From: Candidatus Omnitrophica bacterium UBA6215
GTDB taxonomy: Bacteria > Omnitrophota > Gorgyraeia > Pluralincolimonadales > Pluralincolimonadaceae
Reading direction: 5' to 3'
NCBI GenBank assembly: GCA_002421665.1
Contig: DISH01000004.1
Location: 309,109 to 373,108 of the forward strand
Length of the DNA: 64,000 nt
Of this stretch, positions 19,985-30,303 are shown one piece after another. A program made the position numbers and the translations under genes. The first letter of the stretch is position 1. Each line of letters opens with the position of its first letter. The notes beneath the pieces were generated by a model. That model saw nothing but the letters and a program-made list of their open reading frames with translations. It did no database searches and was not told where the DNA came from.

Positions 19985-20825
19985 GAAAGCCGACGTCCTG
20001 ATCGAGGCGCTTCCTTACATAAAGAGATTCAGGGGCAAGACGGTAGTTATAAAAGCCGGCGGCAGCATGATGGAAGACAAGAAGGTCATCTCCGGGATCT
20101 TCCAGGATATTATCTTCATGAGCCTGGTCGGGATAAAGCCGGTCATAGTCCATGGCGGAGGTCCGAGGATAACCGCAAGGATGAAGGAATCCGGGCTCGA
20201 AGCGAAATTCATGGACGGATTAAGGGTCACCGATGCCAGGACCATGAAGATAGTCGACGAGACGCTCGATAGGACCAACAAGCAGATAGCCATACACATA
20301 AACGAGCTGGGCGGTAAGGCCAAGGCCCTGTGCGGCAAGAGGGACGGTATAATCAAGGCAAAGAAACTTCTCCATAACGGCAAAGATATAGGTTTTGTAG
20401 GCAGGATCACTTCGGTAAACACGAGGCCCATCCTGAAGACACTAGAAGCCGGCGCGATACCCATAATTACCCCGGTAGCCCGGGGCAGTGACGGTAAGGC
20501 TTACAATATAAACGCAGACCTGGCTGCCTGTGATATAGCGGCGGCGCTTAAGGCGGAGAAATTCGTCCTTATAACGGATACAAAAGGTATCTTGAAGGTA
20601 GAGGGGGATGAGAACACCCTGATACCGACCTTAAGGAAAAAGGAAGCCGAAGGACTTATCGATAAAGGCGTGATAAGGTCGGGCATGATACCCAAGGTCA
20701 AGGCGGTGATGTCGGCCTTGTCCAAGGGCGTAAGGAAGACCCATATAGTAGACGGCAGGTTAAGCCATGCCATATTGCTGGAAATATTCACTGACAGGGG
20801 AATAGGTACCGAGATAGTAAAATGA
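19968..20825 (+). CDS. argB: acetylglutamate kinase
   Basis: 285 aa. LIEALPYIKRFRGKTVVIKAGGS amino-acid-kinase N-terminus. Confidence 0.9.
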   Translation: MQGIIRKADVLIEALPYIKRFRGKTVVIKAGGSMMEDKKVISGIFQDIIFMSLVGIKPVIVHGGGPRITARMKESGLEAKFMDGLRVTDARTMKIVDETLDRTNKQIAIHINELGGKAKALCGKRDGIIKAKKLLHNGKDIGFVGRITSVNTRPILKTLEAGAIPIITPVARGSDGKAYNINADLAACDIAAALKAEKFVLITDTKGILKVEGDENTLIPTLRKKEAEGLIDKGVIRSGMIPKVKAVMSALSKGVRKTHIVDGRLSHAILLEIFTDRGIGTEIVK

Positions 20826-22018
20826 CACATACAGAAGAAGTGATAAGATTATATTACGAGTTCGTCATGCCCAACTATTCGAGGGTTCCCGTTGTCCTGG
20901 TCAGGGGCAAAGGCGTGAACGTATATGATATCGAGGGAAAGGAATTCCTTGATTTCTTCCCGGGTTGGGCCGTCTCCGGTATAGGACACTGCCATCCGAA
21001 AGTCGTAAGGGCGATCAAAGACCAGGCGGGCAGGATCATCCACGTCTCCAACAACTATTATAATGAGTTACAGGGGAAGCTTGCGAGTAAGATAATCGGC
21101 CATTCGTTTGCGGGAAAGGTTTTTTTCTGCAACAGCGGCGCGGAAGCAAATGAAGCGGCTATCAAACTGGCCAGGAAATCAGGTTATGCTTCGGGCAAGT
21201 ATGAGATAATAACTATGGAAGGTTCGTTCCACGGCAGAACGCTGGCGACCATAACGGCCACTGCGCAGCCAAAGTACCAGGAAGGATTCGGGCCCCTGCC
21301 GGGAGGTTTCATCTACGCTAAGTTCAACGACCTTCAGTCGGTACTGTCGAAGGTGACGGACAAAACCGCGGCCATAATGCTGGAACCGATACAGGGTGAA
21401 GGCGGGGTAAATGTAGGTTCCGAGGGATTCATTACCGGCCTCAGGAAGATATGCGATGAAAAGAAGATACTGTTGATATTCGACGAGGTCCAGACGGGGA
21501 TGGGCAGGACAGGTAAAATGTTCTGCTATCAGCATTACGGCATCGCGCCTGATATCATGACTCTGGCCAAGACGCTTGGCGGCGGTTTCCCTATAGGCGC
21601 CATGGTTGCGTCAGGTGCCATAGCGGATGTGCTGCAGCCGGGGATGCACGCTTCGACTTTCGGCGGCGGCCCGTTGGCTTGCGCAGCTTCGCTGGCCACT
21701 TTTGAGGCCATAGAGGAAGGCGGCCTTGTCGAAAAGGCAGAGAGACGGGGAAGATATTTGCATAACAGGCTCTCGCTCCTTAAAAAGGATTTTCCTTTTG
21801 TCAAGTTGGTCAGGGGCAAAGGGCTCATGCAGGCTGTAGAGCTTGACATAGAAGGGAAGGCAATTGTCGGAAAGTGCGCTGAAAATGGCTTGTTGATCAA
21901 CTGTACGCAGGAAAGGGTCCTCAGGGTAATGCCTCCCCTGACGGTAAAGAACGCGGACATAAACAAGGCAGTAGGTATAATTGCCGAGGCGATGAAAGGG
22001 GTTGGCGTTGCAAGCTAA
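20822..22018 (+). CDS. argD: acetylornithine aminotransferase
   Basis: 398 aa class-III aminotransferase with PLP lysine in the LAKTLGGG context. 4-nt overlap with argB. Confidence 0.9.
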   Translation: MTHTEEVIRLYYEFVMPNYSRVPVVLVRGKGVNVYDIEGKEFLDFFPGWAVSGIGHCHPKVVRAIKDQAGRIIHVSNNYYNELQGKLASKIIGHSFAGKVFFCNSGAEANEAAIKLARKSGYASGKYEIITMEGSFHGRTLATITATAQPKYQEGFGPLPGGFIYAKFNDLQSVLSKVTDKTAAIMLEPIQGEGGVNVGSEGFITGLRKICDEKKILLIFDEVQTGMGRTGKMFCYQHYGIAPDIMTLAKTLGGGFPIGAMVASGAIADVLQPGMHASTFGGGPLACAASLATFEAIEEGGLVEKAERRGRYLHNRLSLLKKDFPFVKLVRGKGLMQAVELDIEGKAIVGKCAENGLLINCTQERVLRVMPPLTVKNADINKAVGIIAEAMKGVGVAS

Positions 22019-22928
22019 AGACCTTATATCCATAAGCGATCTTTTGCCCGCCGAAGTGGGCGAGATATTTGACCTTACCGCCAGGCTTAAGTCCGGCAAC
22101 AGGATACTTGCGGACGAACCTTTAAAGGGCAAGACCATCGGGTTGCTGTTCCAGAAACCTTCGTTAAGGACGAAGGTTTCTTTCGCGGCGGCAATGGCCC
22201 AGTTGGGAGGCATCGGGATATACCTTGCGCCGAACGAAGTGAAACTCGGCGAGAGGGAGGAGACCAGGGATGTCGCCAGGACGCTCTCGAGATATCTCGA
22301 CGGCATAGTTGCCAGGACGTTCAAACATGAGGATATACACCAGCTGGCAAAATACGCCGATATACCGGTAATAAACGGGCTTTCGGATTTTTCCCATCCC
22401 TGCCAGGCCCTTACGGACCTTTATACGGTGAAGGAAAAGAAAGGCGGTCTCAAGGACCTTAAGATCGCGTATGTCGGTGACGGTAATAACGTTTGCAATT
22501 CGCTGCTCTACATATGCGCCATGCTTGGAGTGGATATTACGGTTGCGTCGCCGAAAGGGTACGAGCCCGACAGGACGGTCTTTAAGAGCGCCGTTGAATC
22601 GGGCAAAAATACGGGCGCTGAGATCAAGATAACCCATGACCCTTCAGCCGCCGTCTCGGGCGCCGATGTAATATATACAGACGTCTGGACGAGCATGGGG
22701 CAGGAGAAGCAGAAAGCCAAGAGGATCAAAGCTTTTAAGGGTTTTCAGGTGAACAAGAAACTTTGTTCAAAGGCTGCACCCGAGCATATAATAATGCATT
22801 GCCTGCCTGCGCACAGGGGCGAGGAGATCTCCGACGAGTGCATCGAAGGCGTACATTCGGTCGTTTTTGACCAGGCGGAGAACAGGCTTCATGTCGAAAA
22901 AGCAGTATTACTGCTGCTTTTAAAGTGA
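22002..22928 (+). CDS. argF: ornithine carbamoyltransferase
   Basis: 308 aa. SLRTKVSF carbamoyl-phosphate site (STRTR equivalent) and HCLP motif. TTG start at 22002, alternative at 22008. Confidence 0.9.
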   Translation: MALQAKDLISISDLLPAEVGEIFDLTARLKSGNRILADEPLKGKTIGLLFQKPSLRTKVSFAAAMAQLGGIGIYLAPNEVKLGEREETRDVARTLSRYLDGIVARTFKHEDIHQLAKYADIPVINGLSDFSHPCQALTDLYTVKEKKGGLKDLKIAYVGDGNNVCNSLLYICAMLGVDITVASPKGYEPDRTVFKSAVESGKNTGAEIKITHDPSAAVSGADVIYTDVWTSMGQEKQKAKRIKAFKGFQVNKKLCSKAAPEHIIMHCLPAHRGEEISDECIEGVHSVVFDQAENRLHVEKAVLLLLLK

Positions 22929-22935
22929 GGAGAAG

Positions 22936-24129
22936 ATGAAAAAGAAAGTCGTGCTGGCCTATTCCGGCGGATTGGATACGTCGGTCATAATAAAGTGGTT
23001 GGCGAAGAGGGGTTACGATGTAATTGCTTATATGGCGGATGTCGGGCAGGGTTCGGATTTTTCCACATACAGGAAGAGGGCTTTGGCGACAGGTGCAGTA
23101 AAGGCCATCGTCGACGACCTGAAAAGCGAATTCGTAAAAGATTTTGTTTTCAAGGCGCTGAAGGCAGGCGCGGTATACGAAGGAGCCTATCTTCTGGCGA
23201 CCGCCCTCTCAAGGCCGATCATCGCCAAAGGGCTCGTAGAAACTGCACATAATGAGAAAGCGGAGTATGTCGCGCATGGCTGCACTGGAAAGGGCAATGA
23301 TCAGGTAAGATTCGAAGTGACCGTGGGATCGATAGATCCCACGCTTAAGATATTGGCCCCGGTCAGGGAATGGGAACTTAATACAAGGGCCGAAGAGATA
23401 GAATATGCGAAGAAGAATAATATTCCCATTGATACGACCAAGAAGAAACCATACTCGATTGATCTTAATCTATGGGGAATATCGATTGAGAGCGGGAAGC
23501 TGGAAGATCCTTATTTTGAGCCTGATGAAGATACGTATCAGCTTACAAAGGGAGTAAATAAGGCGAAGGCGGAGCCTGTCTATGCAGAGATAGGGTTTGA
23601 AAAAGGCATACCTGTTAAGCTTAACGGAAAGAGAATGAGCGGGGTGCCGCTTATACTCAAGCTGGCCAAGATCGCGGGTGAGGCAGGGGTGGGCAGGAGC
23701 GACATGGTAGAGAACAGGCTTGTCGGCATCAAGTCCAGGGAGATATACGAAGCCCCGGCTGCATGGACCCTGCATAATGCCCATAAGGCGCTAGAGAGCC
23801 TTGTCCTTGACAGGGAGGTCCTGCATTTCAAGGAACAGGTGTCGCTTAAGTACGCCGAACTGGCTTATTACGGCCTTTGGTATACCCCGCTTAAAGAGGC
23901 CCTCGACGGTTTTATCGATAAAACGCAGCAGAATGTGAGCGGTACGGTCAGGGTCAAGCTCCACAAGGGGCATTGTATCGTAGTCGGAAGGAAATCACCT
24001 AACTCGCTTTACAGGAAGGAACTTGCAACTTATGAGGAAGGCGATAAGTTCGACCAATCCCTGGCGAAGGGTTTTATACAGATATGGGGACTCCCTTACA
24101 AAGGATCTTATAAGGGGTTGCACAAATGA
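22936..24129 (+). CDS. argG: argininosuccinate synthase
   Basis: 397 aa. AYSGGLDTS PP-loop N-terminus. Confidence 0.9.
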   Translation: MKKKVVLAYSGGLDTSVIIKWLAKRGYDVIAYMADVGQGSDFSTYRKRALATGAVKAIVDDLKSEFVKDFVFKALKAGAVYEGAYLLATALSRPIIAKGLVETAHNEKAEYVAHGCTGKGNDQVRFEVTVGSIDPTLKILAPVREWELNTRAEEIEYAKKNNIPIDTTKKKPYSIDLNLWGISIESGKLEDPYFEPDEDTYQLTKGVNKAKAEPVYAEIGFEKGIPVKLNGKRMSGVPLILKLAKIAGEAGVGRSDMVENRLVGIKSREIYEAPAAWTLHNAHKALESLVLDREVLHFKEQVSLKYAELAYYGLWYTPLKEALDGFIDKTQQNVSGTVRVKLHKGHCIVVGRKSPNSLYRKELATYEEGDKFDQSLAKGFIQIWGLPYKGSYKGLHK

Positions 24130-25439
24130 AAAAGAAACTTTGGGGCGGCAGGTTTAGTAAACAGCAGGATGCCGAGTTCGAGGATTTTTCTAACAGCATG
24201 TATTTTGACTACAGGCTGGCTGAGTATGATGTCCTGGGTTCGATCGCGCATGCAAAGATGCTCGGTAAATGCGGGATAATCCCCAAGAAAGATTCTGCCG
24301 CGATCGTAAAGGGCCTTAATGCTATCCTGAAGGAGATAGACGCGGGAAAGTTCATCTATGATTTTACCGCGGAGGATATCCATACGAATATACAGAATGC
24401 CTTGGAGAAGAAAGCAGGCAAGGCCGCACTTAAGCTGCATACTGCAAGGTCCAGGAACGATCAGGTTGCGCTTGATACAAGGATGTATTGCATGGATAAA
24501 TGCCGGAATATGCACCGGCTTGTTTGCGGCCTGCAGGATTGCCTTGTTTCTTTGGCCGGAAAGAACGCCGGCGTTGTCATACCGGGTATGACCCATATGC
24601 AGCATGCCCAGCCCATAGCTTTATCCGGATATTTAAAGGCGTATGTGAGGATGCTGGAAAGGGACAAGTCCAAGCTGTGTTATGCCTGTCATGTCGCCGA
24701 CTGCCTGCCGTTGGGCGCCTGCGCTTTTGCCGGCACATCGCTTAAGATCGACAGGAAGTTCGTGGCTAAAGAACTCGGTTTTTCCTGCGTTAACGAAAGC
24801 ACCGTAGACGCCGTTTCGGACAGGGATTTTGTCATTGAACTGCTTAGCGCGGCGGCTTCTATCTCTATGCACCTTTCCAGGATGGCTTCGGACTTCATAT
24901 TATGGATGACGCCGGAATTCGGTTTCATTGAGGTCGGTCAGGAGTTCTGCACCGGTTCAAGTATAATGCCCCAGAAGGTCAACCCGGATTTTCTGGAACT
25001 TCTTAGGGGCATGACAGGGAGGGTATACGGGAACCTTATATCCGTGTTTACCGTTATGAAGGGAATACCTCTGACGTATAACAGGGACATGCAATGGGAT
25101 AAACAGCCGCTTTTCGATTCGGTCGAGAAGGTCTCAAAGGCCCTTTCCATATCCTCAAGGATGGTAACGACCATAAAGTTCAACAAAGCGAATATCGGCA
25201 GGGCGCTGCTGGACGAATCCCTGTATGCGACCGACTTGGCGGAATATCTCGTTTCAAAGGGTACGGACTCAAGGAAGGCCCATTCGGCGGTTGGAAAACT
25301 TGTTTCTTATACGCTGGAAAGGAAGAAGAGGATATCTTCACTTTTACTTAAGGAACTAAGGATGTTCGCGAAGGAATTCGATAGGGATGTATACAAGATC
25401 TTTGACCCGGTTGTATCCGTAAAATCAAGGAAGGAATAA
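24126..25439 (+). CDS. argH: argininosuccinate lyase
   Basis: 437 aa fumarate-lyase family protein with the GSSIMPQKVNP signature. Confidence 0.9.
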   Translation: MKKKLWGGRFSKQQDAEFEDFSNSMYFDYRLAEYDVLGSIAHAKMLGKCGIIPKKDSAAIVKGLNAILKEIDAGKFIYDFTAEDIHTNIQNALEKKAGKAALKLHTARSRNDQVALDTRMYCMDKCRNMHRLVCGLQDCLVSLAGKNAGVVIPGMTHMQHAQPIALSGYLKAYVRMLERDKSKLCYACHVADCLPLGACAFAGTSLKIDRKFVAKELGFSCVNESTVDAVSDRDFVIELLSAAASISMHLSRMASDFILWMTPEFGFIEVGQEFCTGSSIMPQKVNPDFLELLRGMTGRVYGNLISVFTVMKGIPLTYNRDMQWDKQPLFDSVEKVSKALSISSRMVTTIKFNKANIGRALLDESLYATDLAEYLVSKGTDSRKAHSAVGKLVSYTLERKKRISSLLLKELRMFAKEFDRDVYKIFDPVVSVKSRKE

Positions 25440-26698
25440 TGCACGAATTCAAGTATAAGGGCGACGAACTCTTCTGTGAGGATGTTGGCATCGGAGGTAT
25501 CGCTGCGGCTGTAGGCACGCCGTTCTACCTGTACAGCTACAAGACGCTATTGGACCATTACCGGAAACTGAGGGATGCCTTTCAGGAGATAAACCCCCTG
25601 GTATGTTTTTCAATGAAGTCCAATTCGAGCCTTGCCGTAATAAGGGCGCTGGTAAAAGCCGGCTCGGGTCTCGACGTGGTCTCGGGAGGTGAGCTCTATA
25701 AGGCGCTGAAGATAGGCTGCGATCCCAAGAAGATAGTATACGCGAGCGTCGGAAAGACTGACCGCGAGATAGAGAGTGCCATACGCGCCGGCATACTTTT
25801 CTTTAACATCGAGTCATTGCCCGAGCTTGTTCTTATTGAGTCTATAGCCTCCAGGATGGGCAGGACCGTTGATTGCGCGCTAAGGGCTAACCCCGATGTG
25901 GACCCGCATACCCATAAGTTCATTACCACCGGGAAGGCAGAGAACAAGTTCGGTCTGGATTTCAGGACCGTTGAAAAGACGTTCGCCGATTCCGTGAAGT
26001 ATCCTCATATCAGGTTGAGAGGGATACATGTTCACATAGGTTCCCAGATAACGGAAGCTGAGCCGTTTTGCAAGGCGCTAAAGAGGGTAAGCGAACTTAT
26101 CGGAGCCATCAGGAAATCTGGCGGCAGGGTAGATTGGCTTAATATCGGCGGAGGGCTTGGCATAGTCTACAGGAAGGAACATCCCCAGACTGCCGAGCGT
26201 TTCGCAAAAGCCATCTTGCCCATGGTAAGGAGCCTCAGGGTGCGCCTGATCCTTGAGCCGGGCAGGTTCATTGTGGGCAACAGCGGTATAATGGTGGCTA
26301 AGGTCACATATGTGAAGAAGACCCGTTCTAAGAATTTTGTGATAGTCGACGCGGCGATGAACGACCTGTTGAGGCCGTCACTATATGAAGCTTATCATGA
26401 GGTATTACCCGTCATCAGGCGCCCGGTCCGGGGGAAGATAACAGCCGATGTTGTCGGACCTATATGCGAGAGCGGAGACGTACTTGCCAGGGACAGAAAA
26501 CTGCCTGAGTTCAGGCCCGGCGAGCTTATAGCCGTGATGGGAGCCGGGGCATACGGTTTTACCATGTCGAGCAATTATAATTCCCGGCCGCGCTCTGCGG
26601 AGGTAATGGTCATCCACGGCAGGTTCTATGTCGTGAGGGAGAGGGAGAAGTACGAGGACCTGGTAAAAGGCGAGAATATCCCAAAAGAACTCAAATGA
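25439..26698 (+). CDS. lysA: diaminopimelate decarboxylase
   Basis: 419 aa fold-III PLP decarboxylase (alanine-racemase-like) with C-terminal EPGR and CESGD motifs. Confidence 0.9.
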   Translation: MHEFKYKGDELFCEDVGIGGIAAAVGTPFYLYSYKTLLDHYRKLRDAFQEINPLVCFSMKSNSSLAVIRALVKAGSGLDVVSGGELYKALKIGCDPKKIVYASVGKTDREIESAIRAGILFFNIESLPELVLIESIASRMGRTVDCALRANPDVDPHTHKFITTGKAENKFGLDFRTVEKTFADSVKYPHIRLRGIHVHIGSQITEAEPFCKALKRVSELIGAIRKSGGRVDWLNIGGGLGIVYRKEHPQTAERFAKAILPMVRSLRVRLILEPGRFIVGNSGIMVAKVTYVKKTRSKNFVIVDAAMNDLLRPSLYEAYHEVLPVIRRPVRGKITADVVGPICESGDVLARDRKLPEFRPGELIAVMGAGAYGFTMSSNYNSRPRSAEVMVIHGRFYVVREREKYEDLVKGENIPKELK

Positions 26699-27519
26699 AG
26701 AACATAGAATTCGAAAAGATGGTTGCCAGCGGCAACGATTTTGTGGTCATAGATAACAGGGAAAAAACCCTCAGGGCGTCCTTGCTGGGTGGGTTTGCCA
26801 AGCGCATGTGCAGCAGGAATTACGGCGTGGGCGCCGACGGAATACTTCTCATCGAGAGTTCCAAGAAGGCCGATTTTCGCATGCGCATAATAAACGCCGA
26901 CGGCAGCGAAGCCGAGATGTGCGGTAACGGCGCGCGCTGCATAGCGCTTTACGCCAGGGAGCATAAGATAGCCGGTAAAAGGATGTGTTTCGAGACGCTT
27001 GCAGGTGTAATAGAGGCTGCGATATCCGCAGACCGGATCAAGCTCAGGATGTCCGTTCCCAAGGATATAAAGACAGGACTTTCGCTGAACCTAAGCGAGG
27101 GCGAGTTCAATCTTAATTTCGTCAATACCGGAGTGCCTCATGTCGTGATCTTTGTCGATCACGCGGAGGAACAGGATGTTAAGAAGCTCGGGAAGGAAGT
27201 GCGCTATCACAGCGTCTTCGCCCCTGCCGGCACGAATGTAGATTTTGTGGAGCTTGTCGGAGCCGGCACCCTCAAGGTGAGGACTTATGAGCGAGGCGTG
27301 GAAGCCGAAACTCTCGCTTGCGGGACAGGTGTTACGGCGTCTGCGATCATCGCAGCTGCCGTTAAGGGCTTGAGAAGCCCGGTTACATGCGTAACCAGGA
27401 GCGGTGACAGGCTTAAGGTCTATTTTGAAAAGGACGGTAACGATTACAAGGATGTCTACCTCGAGGGCGGTGCAAGGTCCGTATTTTCGGGTAGGTATCA
27501 AACCAACAACAGGAGGTGA
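26695..27519 (+). CDS. dapF: diaminopimelate epimerase
   Basis: 274 aa. Two catalytic Cys in NADGSEAEMCGNG and ACGTG contexts. Confidence 0.9.
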   Translation: MKNIEFEKMVASGNDFVVIDNREKTLRASLLGGFAKRMCSRNYGVGADGILLIESSKKADFRMRIINADGSEAEMCGNGARCIALYAREHKIAGKRMCFETLAGVIEAAISADRIKLRMSVPKDIKTGLSLNLSEGEFNLNFVNTGVPHVVIFVDHAEEQDVKKLGKEVRYHSVFAPAGTNVDFVELVGAGTLKVRTYERGVEAETLACGTGVTASAIIAAAVKGLRSPVTCVTRSGDRLKVYFEKDGNDYKDVYLEGGARSVFSGRYQTNNRR

Positions 27520-27524
27520 CCGTT

Positions 27525-28394
27525 ATGTTCGAGGGATCCATAGTTGCGCTGGTAACTCCCTTCAAGAACGGCAAGGTCGATGAAGACAAATTGGCCGAGC
27601 TCGTCGAGTTCCACTTAAAGAACGGGACTTCCGGGATCGTCCCGTGCGGGACCACCGGGGAATCGGCGACCCTTACGCATGAAGAACATAACCGTGTCAT
27701 AGAGGTCGTGATAAGAGCGGCGAACAAGAAGATCCCCGTGATCGCAGGCACCGGGTCAAATTCGACCGCAGAAGCCATAGAACTGACAAAGTTCGCCGAA
27801 AAGGCCGGGGCAGATGCCGCTCTGTTACTTTCGCCTTATTACAACAAGCCGACCCAAAGAGGACTATACATGCATTATAAGGCAGTAGCGGATTCCGTAA
27901 AGATGCCCATAATCCCTTATAATATCCAGTCCCGTACGGCCGTCAATATAGAGCCTGAAACGTTCCAGAAGCTTGCTCAGATAAAGAATATCGTCGGAGT
28001 GAAAGAATCCAGCGGTAATCTGGAACAGATATCAAGGATAAGATACCTTTGCGGCCCTGATTTTGCCATACTTTCCGGCGATGATGCCCTGACGCTTCCG
28101 ATACTGGCCATAGGCGGTACCGGGGTCATATCGGTAGCAGCGAACATAATTCCGAGGGACGTGGCTGATCTGGTAGCAGCGTTCAAAAAAGGCGATATCA
28201 AGAAAGCCCAGGATCTCCATTACAAGTTATTGCCGCTGATAAAGGCGTTGTTCATAGAGACCAACCCGATCCCGGTAAAGACCGCTATGGAGCTGGCAGG
28301 CATGATAGAGCCGGAGCTGCGCTTACCTTTGTGCCATATGTCAGAGGAGAATCTGGCTAAGTTGGCCGAGGCCCTCAAGAAATACGGTTTGTAA
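27525..28394 (+). CDS. dapA: 4-hydroxy-tetrahydrodipicolinate synthase
   Basis: DHDPS/NAL family protein with GTTGE and Schiff-base Lys region. ATG 27525 lies 8 nt after the AGGAGG at 27511-27516; the ORF-track start 27516 sits inside the SD. Confidence 0.9.
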   Translation: MFEGSIVALVTPFKNGKVDEDKLAELVEFHLKNGTSGIVPCGTTGESATLTHEEHNRVIEVVIRAANKKIPVIAGTGSNSTAEAIELTKFAEKAGADAALLLSPYYNKPTQRGLYMHYKAVADSVKMPIIPYNIQSRTAVNIEPETFQKLAQIKNIVGVKESSGNLEQISRIRYLCGPDFAILSGDDALTLPILAIGGTGVISVAANIIPRDVADLVAAFKKGDIKKAQDLHYKLLPLIKALFIETNPIPVKTAMELAGMIEPELRLPLCHMSEENLAKLAEALKKYGL

Positions 28395-28408
28395 AAAAGG
28401 ATGATAGA

Positions 28409-29131
28409 ATGGTCAAGATAGCCATCTGCGGGTGCGCGGGAAAGATGGGCGCACGTATACTTAATATTGCGCAGAGCGACAGGGAAGTGAAAGTGGTCAT
28501 GGGATTGGAAGCATGCGGCCACCCGTCGGTAGGTTCAAAGATCGGTGACGGTGAAGTTACGGACGATTGCAATGATATATCGCGAGCGGATGTCGTGATA
28601 GATTTTACCGTCCCCGAAGCCACGATGGAACATCTAAAGGCCGCTGTAAAGCACGGGAAAGCAATAGTAATAGGGACGACCGGGCTTTCCGAACAGCAGG
28701 CCGCCGCTGTCCGTGAGGCGTCGACGAAGATCCCCGTGGTCTTCTCTCCCAACATGTCAATCGGGGTCAACCTGCTTTTCAGGCTTGTCAAGGAAGCAGC
28801 GGCAAAGCTATCGAAGGATTACGCTGTCAAGATGGTAGAAGCCCATCACATACACAAGAAGGATTCCCCTTCAGGCACCGCCAAGAGACTTGCGCAGATA
28901 ATCAAGGAAGCTTCCATGCGCGAGGTTGATGATATAAAGTCGATACGGGAAGGCGAGATAGTAGGCGACCATAAAGTGACTTTCGAAGGCCCGTACGACG
29001 TGATAGAGCTTTCGCACAGCGCTAAGACGAGGGACATATTCGCGAAAGGTGCCGTCGCTGCATCTAAATTCGTCTTTGGGAAGGGACCGGGCTTATACGA
29101 CATGCAGGATGTATTAGGAGCCATAAAATGA
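28409..29131 (+). CDS. dapB: 4-hydroxy-tetrahydrodipicolinate reductase
   Basis: 240 aa. N-terminal KIAICGCAGKMG Rossmann fold and the EAHHxxKxDxPSGTA motif. Confidence 0.9.
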   Translation: MVKIAICGCAGKMGARILNIAQSDREVKVVMGLEACGHPSVGSKIGDGEVTDDCNDISRADVVIDFTVPEATMEHLKAAVKHGKAIVIGTTGLSEQQAAAVREASTKIPVVFSPNMSIGVNLLFRLVKEAAAKLSKDYAVKMVEAHHIHKKDSPSGTAKRLAQIIKEASMREVDDIKSIREGEIVGDHKVTFEGPYDVIELSHSAKTRDIFAKGAVAASKFVFGKGPGLYDMQDVLGAIK

Positions 29132-30303
29132 AGGATTTTGTTTATTCCGAAAGATTGAGGAAATTGCCCCCTTACCTTTTTGCGGAGATAGATAAGGCCA
29201 AGAGGAAAGCGAAGGAGGAAGGACGGGATATTATAGACCTTGGTATCGGCGACCCCGACCTGGCAACTCCCGCGCACATTATCGATGCATTGCACAAGGC
29301 TGCCGTGGATTCATCCAATCATCATTATGCTTTGGATGCTGGCATGCCGCAACTAAGACAGGCGGTCAGCAGCTGGTATAATAAAAGGTTCAAAGTAGAG
29401 CTGGACCCCGAAAGCGAGATATTGCCGCTTATCGGCTCCAAGGAAGGGATAGCACATTTTCCCCTGGCTTTTATCGACCCGGGTGACTATGCACTGGTTC
29501 CCGATCCCTGCTATCCTCCCTATAAAAACGGGACTACCTTTGCCGGAGGGATACCATATATAATGCCGCTAAGGGAAGAGAACGGTTTCCTGCCCGACCT
29601 TTCTGCCGTTGATAAGTCCGTATTACAGAAGGCGAAGGTCATATTCGTCAATTACCCGAATAATCCGACAGGCGCGGTAGCGGACGCGGATTTCTATAAG
29701 AAAATCATAGATTTTGCCAGTAAGTACGGCCTCATTGTATGCAGCGATGCGGCGTATTCGGAGGTATGTTTTGACGGATACAGGCCTATGAGCATACTTG
29801 AGTTGGACGGCGCCAGGGATGTTGCCATAGAGTTCCATTCGCTTTCCAAGACATATAACATGACCGGCTGGAGGATAGGTTGGGCTTGCGGGAACAGGAA
29901 AGCCGTTGCGGGACTTGCGAAAGTAAAATCGAACGTCGATTCCGGCATATTCCAGGCAATACAACTGGCCGGAGTAGCCGCGCTTGACGGTCCGCAAAAT
30001 GCCTTGGAAAAGGCCAATTCCATATATAGCGAGCGCAGGGATGTTCTTGTAGACGGTCTTAATTCCATCGGGTGGAAGGTGAAGAAACCTAAGGCTACAT
30101 TCTATGTCTGGGCAAAGACGCTTAAGGACTATGATTCTTCGGCTATGGCCGCTGCTTTGCTGGAGAAGACCGATATAATAGCTACCCCGGGTGTAGGCCT
30201 CGGGCAGAACGGGGAAGGCTATATCCGCATGGCCGTCACGGTCGATAAGGATAGGATAGCCGCGGCTGTCAGCAGGATAGAGAGAGCGTTCTTCGGGCGC
30301 TGA
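29128..30303 (+). CDS. dapL: LL-diaminopimelate aminotransferase (class I aminotransferase)
   Basis: 391 aa. The N-terminus (LPPYLFAEIDKAK...IDLGIGDPD) matches the DapL family and it sits in a dap cluster. PLP lysine in the SKTYNMTGWRIG context. Confidence 0.7.
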   Translation: MKDFVYSERLRKLPPYLFAEIDKAKRKAKEEGRDIIDLGIGDPDLATPAHIIDALHKAAVDSSNHHYALDAGMPQLRQAVSSWYNKRFKVELDPESEILPLIGSKEGIAHFPLAFIDPGDYALVPDPCYPPYKNGTTFAGGIPYIMPLREENGFLPDLSAVDKSVLQKAKVIFVNYPNNPTGAVADADFYKKIIDFASKYGLIVCSDAAYSEVCFDGYRPMSILELDGARDVAIEFHSLSKTYNMTGWRIGWACGNRKAVAGLAKVKSNVDSGIFQAIQLAGVAALDGPQNALEKANSIYSERRDVLVDGLNSIGWKVKKPKATFYVWAKTLKDYDSSAMAAALLEKTDIIATPGVGLGQNGEGYIRMAVTVDKDRIAAAVSRIERAFFGR

